64,000 nt of DNA from Acidimicrobiales bacterium (GTDB lineage Bacteria > Actinomycetota > Acidimicrobiia > Acidimicrobiales > CADCTF01), in NCBI GenBank assembly GCA_035525495.1, contig DATLED010000042.1:11038-75037 (forward strand), read 5' to 3'. A program made the translations under genes and the position numbers. Below the pieces are notes generated by a model, which was given only the letters and a program-made list of their open reading frames with translations, ran no database searches and was not told where the DNA came from. The stretch's first letter is position 1. The number at the start of each line of letters is the position of its first letter. This document shows positions 1 to 8,660 of the stretch, in pieces.

Positions 1-1455
1 GGGAACGTCACCCAGCAGGCGTACTACTTCGATGCTGACAACGACGGCACGCCCGACACCGCCGGCTCCGACCCAGGGACGACGGGGAAGACGGGCGACG
101 CCGGGGCCCGCAAGGCCTGCGGCGTCGTCAAGAGCACGTCGCCGACCTTCGCCGGCGGCTACTGGATGGTCGCCCGGGACGGCGGCATCTTCACCGAGGG
201 CTCCAACACGCCGTTCTACGGCAGCGAAGGCGCGCTCCCGTTGAACAAGCCCATCGTCCAGATGGCGGCGACCGCCAGCGGGATGGGGTACTACCTCGCG
301 GCATCCGACGGCGGGGTGTTCACCCACGGCGACGCGGCCTTCGAGGGCTCGACCGGGTCGGTGAAGCTGAACAAGCCGATCGTCGGGATGGCCACCGAGC
401 TCGCCCAGGCGCGAGGCGTGCTCAAGGACTCGACCGGCGCCGTGATGGGGACGGTGACGTTCGCTCAGAAGGCGGACGGCGTGCACGTGCGGGTGTCGGC
501 CACCGGTCTGGCGCCCGGGTTCCACGGCTTCCACATCCACGACGTGGGGACCTGCACGGCGCCGACGTTCGCGTCGGCCGGACCGCACTACAACCCCGGG
601 GCGGCGCTGCACGGTGGCCATGCGGGGGACAACCCGGTGGTGTTGGCGAGGGCCGACGGAAGCGTGGACGAGGGCTTCGTCACCAACAGCTACACCGTCG
701 CCGGTCTGTTGGCGGCCGATGTCGCCGCGGTCGTGCACGCCAATCCGGACAACTACGGCAACATCCCGTCGAGCAGCGTCCAGAACCCCGATGGGTCCTT
801 CAGCCGTCGCGCCTACTTCTACGACGCCGACAACAACGGTCCCGACGCCGCCGACCCGACGGGCGCGGATCCGTCGACGACCGGCAAGACGGGAGACGCC
901 GGCGCCCGCAAGCTGTGCGGCGCGGTGGCCGCTCCGGGTGGTTCGTCCCAAGCCGGGTACTGGCTGGCGGCCAGCGACGGCGGAGTGTTCAACTTCGGTG
1001 ACGCCGGGTTCTTCGGCTCGGCGGGTGGGGGCCCCATCAACCAGCCCGTCGTCGGCATCGCCGCCACGCCCACCGGCGATGGCTACTGGCTCGTGGCCAG
1101 CGACGGCGGGATCTTCACCTTCGGCGACGCCGGGTTCTTCGGCTCGACCGGCGACCTCAAGCTGAAGCAGCCGATCGTCGGCATGGCGTCCACGCCTTCG
1201 GGTCGTGGCTATCGGCTGTTCGCGGCTGACGGCGGTGTGTTCAGCTTCGGTGATGCGACCTTCGAGGGCAGCACCGGCGCCATGGTGTTGAACTCGCCGG
1301 TGGTCGCCGGGGCAGTCACCGAGTCGGGCCACGGCTACGACCTGTATGCGGCCGACGGCGGCGTCTTCAACTTCGGTGATGCCGGCTTCCAAGGCAGTGA
1401 GGGCGGACGCAAGCTCAACCAGCCGGTGCTCGGCGGAGCCCGTCACAGCGGCTGA
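1..1455 (+). CDS. Multi-domain protein with a Cu/Zn superoxide dismutase (SodC-like) domain embedded between ~42-aa GYWLxASDGGxFxFGDAxFxGS repeats. The 5' end lies outside the window.
   Basis: Frame 1 is open from base 1. The first 165 nt encode [14 protein letters not shown]...[16 protein letters not shown], which duplicates the tail of the internal SOD domain. SOD motifs are present: [44 protein letters not shown]. Six ~42-aa repeats are visible. Stop codon at 1453-1455. Confidence 0.8.
   Translation, partial: GNVTQQAYYFDADNDGTPDTAGSDPGTTGKTGDAGARKACGVVKSTSPTFAGGYWMVARDGGIFTEGSNTPFYGSEGALPLNKPIVQMAATASGMGYYLAASDGGVFTHGDAAFEGSTGSVKLNKPIVGMATELAQARGVLKDSTGAVMGTVTFAQKADGVHVRVSATGLAPGFHGFHIHDVGTCTAPTFASAGPHYNPGAALHGGHAGDNPVVLARADGSVDEGFVTNSYTVAGLLAADVAAVVHANPDNYGNIPSSSVQNPDGSFSRRAYFYDADNNGPDAADPTGADPSTTGKTGDAGARKLCGAVAAPGGSSQAGYWLAASDGGVFNFGDAGFFGSAGGGPINQPVVGIAATPTGDGYWLVASDGGIFTFGDAGFFGSTGDLKLKQPIVGMASTPSGRGYRLFAADGGVFSFGDATFEGSTGAMVLNSPVVAGAVTESGHGYDLYAADGGVFNFGDAGFQGSEGGRKLNQPVLGGARHSG
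955..1452 (+). repeat. Four tandem in-frame coding repeats with a 126-nt (42-aa) period inside the SodC/repeat protein. Two further copies start at 157 and 286.
   Basis: Repeat units start at 955, 1081, 1207 and 1333, an exact 126-nt spacing. Each encodes GY(W/R/D)L.A.DGG.F.FGDA.F.GS....L..P..G. Confidence 0.85.
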
Positions 1456-1466
1456 CGCTTTCTCGG

Positions 1467-1484
1467 CGGCCCGTAGGCGGGCCG
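1467..1484 (+). terminator. Candidate stem-loop downstream of the SodC/repeat gene
   Basis: CGGCCCG-tagg-CGGGCCG forms a 7-bp perfect GC stem with a 4-nt loop, 12 nt after the stop codon. There is no T-tract, and the next gene starts at 1501. Confidence 0.3.
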
Positions 1485-1500
1485 GGCCGTCGAGATCGCG

Positions 1501-2523
1501 GTGAACGGCAGCACCCAGAGCGGGCCGGTGGCGGCGAGTGGGGCTGATGCCAGGGGCACGGCGACCGGCACCGCCCCGACGGGGCACACTGCCGACGTGG
1601 GATTCCCGAATCCGTTCACCGGACTCGTCGGCTGCGAGCTGCCGATCCAGCTCGCCGGAATGGGGGGCATGGCGACCCCGGACCTTGCCCGGGCGGTGAG
1701 CCGCGCTGGTGGGCTCGGCATGCTGAGCGGCGTCGGGGAACGGGTCGACCTGGTGGCGCAGCTCGATGGTGCCGCGGCCGAGGGGCTCCTCGTCGGCGTG
1801 AACTTCCTCGTCCCGTTCCTCGATGTTGCGGCCGTCGAGGACGCGGCTGGAAGATGCCGGCTGGTCGAGGCCTTCTGGGGCCCGCCCGACGCCGACCTCG
1901 TGCGCCGGATCCACGAAGGCGGCAGCCTCGCCGCCTGGCAGGTCGGCACCGCGGACGAAGCATCCGCGGCGGTTGACGCCGGATGCGACATCGTCATCGC
2001 GCAGGGAATCGAGGCGGGCGGCCACGTCCGAGGAACGGTCGGTCTGCTGCCGCTGCTCGACGAGATCGGCCGACGCCGGGACATGACGGTTCCCGTCGTC
2101 GCCGCCGGCGGCATCGGCACCGGCCGGTCGATGGCGGCGGCCTTCGTCGCCGGGGCCGACGCCGTCCGCCTCGGGACACGGTTCCTCGCCGCCACCGAGT
2201 CCGCCGCCCACCCCGACTACGTCGATGCCTTGATCGGCGCCGCCGCCGACGACACGGTGCTCACCACCGCCTTCGGGCTCGGCTGGCCCGAGGCACCGCA
2301 CCGCGTCCTGCGCTCGGCCGTGGCCGCCGGCGAGGCCCTCGGAGACGCGCAACGGTGGACGCCGAACTGGCCGACGATCGCCGACCCCGGGCCCGTCGCG
2401 GCACGCGCCCTCTACGCCGGGCAGTCCGTCGGCGCCATCCGGAAGCGCCAGTCGGCGGCGGAGATCATCGCGGAGCTCCTCCAGGAGGCATCGGGCTCGA
2501 ACACCCACGACGGGGAACCCTGA
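1501..2523 (+). CDS. Nitronate monooxygenase / 2-nitropropane dioxygenase-like FMN oxidoreductase (NMO family)
   Basis: N-terminal LPIQLAGMGGMATPDLARAVSRAGGLGML, then IVIAQGIEAGGHVRG and PVVAAGGIGTGRSMAAAFVAGADAVRLGTRFL, all typical of the NMO TIM-barrel. GTG start; an internal start is possible. Confidence 0.85.
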   Translation: MNGSTQSGPVAASGADARGTATGTAPTGHTADVGFPNPFTGLVGCELPIQLAGMGGMATPDLARAVSRAGGLGMLSGVGERVDLVAQLDGAAAEGLLVGVNFLVPFLDVAAVEDAAGRCRLVEAFWGPPDADLVRRIHEGGSLAAWQVGTADEASAAVDAGCDIVIAQGIEAGGHVRGTVGLLPLLDEIGRRRDMTVPVVAAGGIGTGRSMAAAFVAGADAVRLGTRFLAATESAAHPDYVDALIGAAADDTVLTTAFGLGWPEAPHRVLRSAVAAGEALGDAQRWTPNWPTIADPGPVAARALYAGQSVGAIRKRQSAAEIIAELLQEASGSNTHDGEP

Positions 2524-3019
2524 GGCGGCTCCCTCCCTTCGCCGACCGCATCTCGCCGTTGCTTGTCCGATGCCGCCGTCTCGGCGGCCACCACCGACGG
2601 CGCAGCACGCCTTGCGCGCATCGCCGAGCGAGTACCGGTCCGAGCGCCGCGATCTCCGCCAGGTACGCCATCTGGTCGAACGCCGCCAACGCCTCGGCGC
2701 GCTCCGCGTCGGTGAGGTCGTCCCGTCGAGACACGTACCCGCGTTGATCGAGCGTCGCCGCCAGCCGCGACGCCAACAGCTCGAGCCGTTCGGGCGATGC
2801 CGCCAGAAGCTCGGCCGCCCGGGCACGATCCAACCTCCGCCATGCCTCCTCGATGACGCGGCACCTCGCCGGCGATCCCGACAGGGCGACGAGGACGTCG
2901 TCTTCCTCACGACGGCCCGGATGCCCGAGGAGGTCGAGCCGATGCCTCGACCAGCGGATCACGTGTTCGGCGCCACCGCACCGCACGATCACCTCGGTCT
3001 CGGCGGAGCCGCCATGCAT
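2465..3019 (-). CDS. Hypothetical protein
   Basis: This is the only ORF with protein-like composition in the 2524-3030 region (MHGGSAETEVIVRCGGAEHVIRW...ERLELLASRLAATLDQRGY). Its C-terminal ~50 aa are Arg/Pro-rich and overlap the NMO gene 3' end, so the true 3' end or frame may differ. Confidence 0.35.
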   Translation of the reverse strand: MHGGSAETEVIVRCGGAEHVIRWSRHRLDLLGHPGRREEDDVLVALSGSPARCRVIEEAWRRLDRARAAELLAASPERLELLASRLAATLDQRGYVSRRDDLTDAERAEALAAFDQMAYLAEIAALGPVLARRCAQGVLRRRWWPPRRRHRTSNGEMRSAKGGSRLRVPRRGCSSPMPPGGAPR

Positions 3020-3031
3020 CGCTACGGCAGG

Positions 3032-3328
3032 CTACGACACCCCCGGCGCCTTGAGGTCGTCGAGTGCCGCCAGCCGGCTGCGGATCCACGAGAGCAGGTC
3101 GTCCCACTCGGCGTCGTACAACCGAGGCGGCGCCGTCGCGACCACCTCGGCGCAGCACGCGGCGAGCTCCTCGTAGGCGTCGAGCCACCGTCCGGTCGGC
3201 GGCGACCCGATCGGCGTCGCGCGCCCGCCGGCCCGGCGCGGCGCCGCCGGGACCGCAACGGTCGGATGCCTCGACCGGGGCCACGCACGGCCGACCCGCC
3301 CCTTCGTCGGAAAGTCGATGATCGTCAT
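3032..3328 (-). CDS. Hypothetical protein
   Basis: ORF 3032..3388, with the start placed at the internal ATG (MTIIDFPTKGR...). The C-terminal half has an acidic, helical character (WLDAYEELAACCAEVV...YDAEWDDLLSWIRSRLAALDDL). No recognisable domain. Confidence 0.35.
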   Translation of the reverse strand: MTIIDFPTKGRVGRAWPRSRHPTVAVPAAPRRAGGRATPIGSPPTGRWLDAYEELAACCAEVVATAPPRLYDAEWDDLLSWIRSRLAALDDLKAPGVS

Positions 3329-3583
3329 GGCGGCACCATCGCGCCGGGGTACGACAGCAATGACGCAGCCGCTCACCCCCAGCGTCACGCCCCCGCCTCG
3401 ACCTGGTGGCGGGGACCAGGGAGGCGGGGGCGTGGCCCCGATCGGCCCCTTTCGCTCAGGGTGGCCGATCCACCGCCTGGTGTTCAGTAGGCCACCCCTC
3501 GGCAGCTTCCGCCATGGGGCGAACGGATCAATTCGCGCATCCTCGACGCGGGTGCGCGACCAAGCGCCCGACCAACGCCTCGG

Positions 3584-4636
3584 TCACGTCGACGGCCGCA
3601 CGCTCACGGCGACGAGCTCGTGGTCCGAGAGCGGCGAGCCGCGCCCGTCGACCGCCGGGACCACCGCCGGCCGGCGGGCCTCGAGTCCCCGCGTGAGCAA
3701 CCAGTCGAGGTGCAACGGCACATGGTCGGGCAGCCCACCGGCGTCGTGGTTCGTCGTCGGCGCTACAACGTTGGAGTCGATCCAGGAGAACCCGCGACGC
3801 GCCGCTTCCTCGAACAACGGCTCATGCCCCACCGGCCACGAGAACCGGGTGGGCTCCTCGCACCGCATCCGCTGCACCGCTGCCCGGTCGGCGAGCTCGG
3901 CGATGGCCACGCCGAAGGTGTTGGCGTCGCCGCCGAGGACGCAAGGACCGCTCCCGAAGCGATCGTCCACCGCCGCGAGGAGTCGGGCGAACTGGGCGCC
4001 CCGCTCATCGGCTGTCGATCGGCTCTCGAGGTGGAAGCTCACGACCGTCAGATCGACGTCGCCGGCGATGGTCACGACCCCGGCGACGGCCATCCGCCCG
4101 CCGACCCGAGGCTGTCCTCGATCGGCGGTGAACCAGTCGCCGCCCTCGTCGAGACGCAGAACGGCGGCGTCGCGCACGCCACCCCGCGCGAGCACCGCGT
4201 TCCCGTGAAGTCCGCGGTCGTTCGTCGTCATGCCGGAGGCGTCGGCGGACACGACGTCGGCCGCATCGCCGATGCTCAGCTCGACGAACTCCACGCCGAA
4301 GGCGCCACCGAGACCGAGGCCCTCGGCAAGTCGTCGCGGCACATCGTGGTTGCCGCTCCGTGCCATTCCCGAGTCGAGCTCGGACAGCAGCACGACGTCG
4401 GCGTCCACCCTGGCCAACAGCTCCAGCGACGCGTCGAGGTACCTACACCGCTCGGCGTTCCACGCGGCCACACGCAACCATCCGCGGTGCGACCCCGGTG
4501 AGCCAACCGGCGCCTCGATGGCATCGACGTCGAGCAGGATCCTCGACCCCGACGCGATCGAGTCGTGTGCGCCCGGCTCCCCGATGCGCCCGAGCCACGC
4601 CGCCCGATCCTCCAGCGACGGCAACCCGAAGGCCAC
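3584..4636 (-). CDS. Endonuclease/exonuclease/phosphatase (EEP) family protein
   Basis: EEP motifs: LRVAAWNAERC, VVLLSELD, FHLES, VLGGDANT, C-terminal PLSDHELVAVSV. The start is placed at GTG 4636, which follows GGAGGA (4650-4645, minus strand) by 5 nt and lies 1 nt after the stop of the upstream small gene. The track ORF extends to 4744. Confidence 0.8.
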   Translation of the reverse strand: MAFGLPSLEDRAAWLGRIGEPGAHDSIASGSRILLDVDAIEAPVGSPGSHRGWLRVAAWNAERCRYLDASLELLARVDADVVLLSELDSGMARSGNHDVPRRLAEGLGLGGAFGVEFVELSIGDAADVVSADASGMTTNDRGLHGNAVLARGGVRDAAVLRLDEGGDWFTADRGQPRVGGRMAVAGVVTIAGDVDLTVVSFHLESRSTADERGAQFARLLAAVDDRFGSGPCVLGGDANTFGVAIAELADRAAVQRMRCEEPTRFSWPVGHEPLFEEAARRGFSWIDSNVVAPTTNHDAGGLPDHVPLHLDWLLTRGLEARRPAVVPAVDGRGSPLSDHELVAVSVRPST

Positions 4637-4637
4637 G

Positions 4638-4949
4638 TCAATCCTCCGACGCGGAACCCAGGAGCCCGCCGGCGGCCGCCAGCGCAGCCGCCAGGCCCGC
4701 GGCACGCTCGACGACGGCGGCCAGGTAGTGCTCGGCCACCGCACCTTGTCCCTGCAAGGGCGGATCGCCCAACGAACGGATCAGCGCCGATGGGCGGCTG
4801 GCCGGCACGATCGGCTCCGGTGCCGGCACGGCCGGGACGGCGCGCCAGAGGTCGCCACTGGCGCCGCCCTTGCCCTTCGCGCCCGACCGGCGCCGACGCT
4901 GCGGCGGCTTCTTCCGGGGCTGTTGCGGCGGCGGCTGGGGGTGGTTCAC
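4638..4949 (-). CDS. Small basic/Ala-rich hypothetical protein (103 aa), translationally coupled to the SNF2 helicase
   Basis: The GTG at 4949 overlaps the helicase stop (GTGA) and is preceded by GGAGGAGGA. The product starts VNHPQPPPQQPRKKPPQRRRRSGAKGKGG and ends ...AEHYLAAVVERAAGLAAALAAAGGL. It was read from the 3' part of track ORF 4638..5408. Confidence 0.55.
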   Translation of the reverse strand: MNHPQPPPQQPRKKPPQRRRRSGAKGKGGASGDLWRAVPAVPAPEPIVPASRPSALIRSLGDPPLQGQGAVAEHYLAAVVERAAGLAAALAAAGGLLGSASED

Positions 4950-7900
4950 GTGTCCTCCTCCGTGAGGAGCTGATCGGGCCGGAGGCCGAGCGCGACCCGC
5001 AGCTGTTCGGCGTCGAGGTCGGCGAGAGAGGACGACTTCGGCAGCACGAGGTCGGCGACGTGGCGCTTGCCGGCGACGACCTCCTCGACGCGTTCGTCGA
5101 CGGTCCCGGGGCACACCAACCGGTGGGAGACGACCGTGCGGGTCTGGCCGATGCGCCACGCGCGATCGCGAGCCTGGTCCTCCACGGCAGGGTTCCACCA
5201 ACGGTCGTAGAGGACGACGTGGGACGCCGCCGTCAGGTTCAGGCCGGTGCCGCCAGCCTTCAACGACAGCACCAGCGCGCCCGGTCCGGTCATCGCCTGG
5301 AACTCCTCGATCATCCGGTCGCGGGCCCCGCGAGCCAGGCTGCCGTGGTAACAGGAGATCGGCACGCCGGTCTTGGCCGTGAGGTGGTCGGCCAGTCGCA
5401 TCCCCCACTGCGCGAAGTGGGTGAACACGAGGATGCGTTCGTCGGCCGCGAACACGGTCTCGACGATCTCCTCGAGCCGCGCCAGCTTGCCCGAGCGACC
5501 CTCGAGGGGACGGCCGTCGTCCTGGTACGCCGCCGGGTGGTTGCAGATCTGCTTCAGCGCCGTGATCGCCGCAAGGATGGCGCCCTGTTTCGGTTCCGCC
5601 CCCGGAGCGGCGGACGTGGTATCGGCGACGAGCCCGTCGAGCACTGCCTGGTAGAGCCCGATCTGCTCCGGCGTCATCGTGCAGTGGTCGAGCTCGTCGA
5701 TGCGATCGGGAAGCTCCGCTGCGACCAGAGGCTCCTTCTTCGTCCGGCGGAAGACGAGGATGCCGTTGAGCGCCCGCAGCGCCGCCTCACCCGAACCCTC
5801 GCCGGAGAGCTGGGCGATGAACGCCGGACGCGGACCGACGAGGCCCGGGTTGGTGAAGTCGAGGATCGCCCACAGGTCGCCGAGGCCGTTCTCGATCGGC
5901 GTGCCCGTGAGCGCGACCCGGGTGCGCGCAGGGATGCGCCGAAGCTGTTGCGCGGTCTCGTTCGCAGGGTTCTTCACCGCCTGCGCCTCGTCGAGGACGA
6001 CCCGGTCCCACGGCATCCCGGACAGCGCCTCGATGTCGCGCACCGCCGTGCCGTAGGTCGTGATGACGACGTCGGCGTTGGACACCTCCTCGGCCAGCTG
6101 GTCGGCCGATGAGCGGGACGAGCCATGGTGCACGACCACCCGCAGCCCGGGTGTGAAGCGCGCCGCCTCTGCCGCCCAGTTGCCGACGACCGCGGGCGGT
6201 GCGATCACGAGCGCCGCGCCGCCGCCGCGCCCGGCCGTGCGCCCGAGGTGGGCGAGCATCGTCGGGGTCTTGCCGAGTCCCATGTCCAACGCGAGGCAAC
6301 CGCCGAGTGATACTGCGTCGAGGAACCCGAGCCACGCCAGCGCCTCGGCCTGGTACGACCGCAGCTCCCCGAGGAATCCGTCGGGCGTGGTGATGGGATC
6401 GGTCGGGATCTCCTGCGCCTTGCGCAGCAGGTCGGTTGCCCACCCGCTGCCCTCGACCGTCAGCCCACCGCCGAGCGCCGATCCCTCCAGGCCGACGGCG
6501 TGGCGGAGGATCTCGGCGCCGCTGAGCTTCGTCTTGTTGGCCCGCTCGGCCAGCGCCGCCGCCGCTTCGCGCAGGTCGGCCCGATCGAGCTCGACCCACC
6601 GGCCGTGCGACTGGACCAAGGGACGGGCTTCCGAGGCGAGGCGGGCGATGTCGGCCGCCGTCAGCTCGACGTCGTCGAACACGACCGACCAACGAACGTC
6701 GCTCAGCTGGTGCGCGCCGACGACGCTGTCGCCGGTCGGTCCGGTGAAGAGCTTGAGGCCCGGCGCCGGCTTGCGACGCGAGAGCTTCGGCACCCGCACC
6801 TCGAACCCCGCGGCTTCGAGGATGGGACCGGTCGTGGTCATCAGCTCCCACGCCTCGTCCTGGCTCAGGTACACCTGTCCGCGTCGCAACCCGCCGGGAC
6901 GGAGCAGCACCGGCATGGCGCGTTCGAGTCGCAGCAGCTCGTCCGCCATCGCCTTGGTGTCCTTGCTGTCGGCCAGCGCGACCTCGACGGGAAGCGGGTT
7001 GCCGTCGGCGCCTCGCCCGAGGACCGCGAGGTACCACGCATTGCCGCGGTCGGGCGGCTCCAGCTGAACGATCAATCGCGTGCGGTCCGACGCCGGATGG
7101 GCGACGGGTTTCACCCACCGGTCGAGGCGCTTCATGACCTCGGCAGCTGCGGCGACCGGGGCTTCGAACGCCGATCCGTCGAGGCGAGTCAGGAACGCTT
7201 CGGCGACCGAAGCCGACGTGTTCGTCGTCGGCGGGGGAGCCGGGAGCTCGAGGCGAGCCGCGGCGGTGCGGACGACGGCGTCGACCACGGAGGTCCAGAC
7301 GCTCATCACGACGGTGCGCGGGGCGGACTGGGCGAGTGCCGTCACCGGTCCCGGCATGGCCTCGGCGAGCGCGGCGACGTGGGTCTCGTCGACCAGGGCC
7401 GGCGCCCACGACACGCCGAGCTCCAGGAGCTTGGCGTCGACCCGCTTGCGGGTCTTGAGCGAGGGGACGACGGCGCCCTTGGCGACGGAGCGGACGGCCT
7501 CGACGGCGACCCGCCCCAGCCAGGTGACCGACGGCCCGACGTGCTCGGCCGGCTCCGCCGCGCCCACGCTCACGAGCCACCCGAGGGCCTCGTGGACGGG
7601 GATCGACAACGCCGCCGCCTTGACGCCACCCGTGCCGGGGATGGTCACGTCGGCGTGGACGACCCATCCGTGCTGCGGTCCGCCGATGGCCTCGAGCCGG
7701 TCGGCGAGGCCGTCGTTGTCGGCGGGATCGGCTCCGGGACCGGCGGCCCAGACGACGACGCGCCCTGACGTCCACGACGCCTGCAGCTGGACCTCGCCGA
7801 CGGGTGTGGCCACGCCGCCGGGGATCTCGGCGATGACGGGGACGGTCGGCGGTGGGGGCGGCGGGGGAGGGACGAGTCGGTCGTAGGCGGCGTCGAGACG

Positions 7901-8119
7901 GGCGAGCTGCCCTTCGAAGTCGGCGATGACCTGGTCGCGCTCCTCTCCCCGGAGGCGGAGGACCTCGTCGTAGTCGTCCTCGGTCTGGTCCAGGAGCCGT
8001 TCGAGGGCGCGCCGCCAACCTCGCTTGTCCCCCTCGAGCAGGGCGAGCTGGTCTTCGGTGGCGATGCCCTCGGCCTCCGCCCAAGCGGCTGCTTCGAGCG
8101 CCTCTATGACGTCGATCAT
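4946..8119 (-). CDS. SNF2-family DEAD/DEAH-box helicase (HelZ/RapA-like) with a long N-terminal extension
   Basis: SNF2_N motifs: CLALDMGLGKT, VVLDEAQAVKN, LTGTPIEN. Helicase_C motifs: LVFTHF, LSLKAGGTGLNLTAASHVVLYDRWWNPAVEDQARDRAWRIGQ. Start placed at ATG 8119 (MIDVIEALE). The alternative upstream start at 8191 cannot be excluded. Confidence 0.9.
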   Translation of the reverse strand: MIDVIEALEAAAWAEAEGIATEDQLALLEGDKRGWRRALERLLDQTEDDYDEVLRLRGEERDQVIADFEGQLARLDAAYDRLVPPPPPPPPTVPVIAEIPGGVATPVGEVQLQASWTSGRVVVWAAGPGADPADNDGLADRLEAIGGPQHGWVVHADVTIPGTGGVKAAALSIPVHEALGWLVSVGAAEPAEHVGPSVTWLGRVAVEAVRSVAKGAVVPSLKTRKRVDAKLLELGVSWAPALVDETHVAALAEAMPGPVTALAQSAPRTVVMSVWTSVVDAVVRTAAARLELPAPPPTTNTSASVAEAFLTRLDGSAFEAPVAAAAEVMKRLDRWVKPVAHPASDRTRLIVQLEPPDRGNAWYLAVLGRGADGNPLPVEVALADSKDTKAMADELLRLERAMPVLLRPGGLRRGQVYLSQDEAWELMTTTGPILEAAGFEVRVPKLSRRKPAPGLKLFTGPTGDSVVGAHQLSDVRWSVVFDDVELTAADIARLASEARPLVQSHGRWVELDRADLREAAAALAERANKTKLSGAEILRHAVGLEGSALGGGLTVEGSGWATDLLRKAQEIPTDPITTPDGFLGELRSYQAEALAWLGFLDAVSLGGCLALDMGLGKTPTMLAHLGRTAGRGGGAALVIAPPAVVGNWAAEAARFTPGLRVVVHHGSSRSSADQLAEEVSNADVVITTYGTAVRDIEALSGMPWDRVVLDEAQAVKNPANETAQQLRRIPARTRVALTGTPIENGLGDLWAILDFTNPGLVGPRPAFIAQLSGEGSGEAALRALNGILVFRRTKKEPLVAAELPDRIDELDHCTMTPEQIGLYQAVLDGLVADTTSAAPGAEPKQGAILAAITALKQICNHPAAYQDDGRPLEGRSGKLARLEEIVETVFAADERILVFTHFAQWGMRLADHLTAKTGVPISCYHGSLARGARDRMIEEFQAMTGPGALVLSLKAGGTGLNLTAASHVVLYDRWWNPAVEDQARDRAWRIGQTRTVVSHRLVCPGTVDERVEEVVAGKRHVADLVLPKSSSLADLDAEQLRVALGLRPDQLLTEEDT

Positions 8120-8121
8120 GT

Positions 8122-8634
8122 GTGGATTCGGCGCTCCTCGCGCCGAGCCTTCCCGTTCGTGACCCGGGAGACTCGCGGGCTCGGCATCCACCGCTCGGGG
8201 AGCGGGATGTCGATGGCGACACGTTACCGCACTCGGCGAGACTGCGGTGTTGGGCGACGGGATCCGCCGGATCGCATCATGACGTCCCGATTGTGCGGTC
8301 GGCCAGCCGGAACCGCCGCCGTGACGGTAGCTGTCGATGGCACGGCTGCCGGCGCACCCGGGGAGTCCACGCCCACCACATCGTGTGGTTCTCCACGGGC
8401 GGCCCCACGGTCATCGAGAACCTGGTCCTGCTGTGCCGGCGCCACCACCGCGCCGTGCACGAGGGTGAATGGGGCATCGCCGACCCCGCGGGCGAGGTGC
8501 GCTTCATCCGGCCCAACGGCCGCACGCTCGACACCCGACCACCACCCTTGCGAGAGGAGATGCGCGACTGGCTACGAGGTGTGGTCCCGTCCCTCGCCGG
8601 GGGGGTGCCCCGACTCGCCTTCAGTCCGGGATGA
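8122..8634 (+). CDS. HNH endonuclease domain protein, apparently a C-terminal remnant of a DUF222/13E12-type HNH protein (possible pseudogene)
   Basis: The HNH core is intact: CRWHGCRRTRGVHAHHIVWFSTGGPTVIENLVLLCRRHHRAVHEGEW. Upstream ORF sequence is Arg-rich, lacks the usual long N-terminal domain, and overlaps the helicase 5' end. The true start is uncertain. Confidence 0.5.
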   Translation: MDSALLAPSLPVRDPGDSRARHPPLGERDVDGDTLPHSARLRCWATGSAGSHHDVPIVRSASRNRRRDGSCRWHGCRRTRGVHAHHIVWFSTGGPTVIENLVLLCRRHHRAVHEGEWGIADPAGEVRFIRPNGRTLDTRPPPLREEMRDWLRGVVPSLAGGVPRLAFSPG

Positions 8635-8660
8635 CCCCGGGGGTTGTGCCGCGCACGACC

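Noticed and set aside
5787-8222. 811-aa minus-strand ORF overlapping the SNF2 helicase
   Set aside because: The composition is extreme (Arg/Pro/Gly/Ala) with no motifs. It is an alternative frame of the real helicase gene, a typical high-GC shadow ORF.
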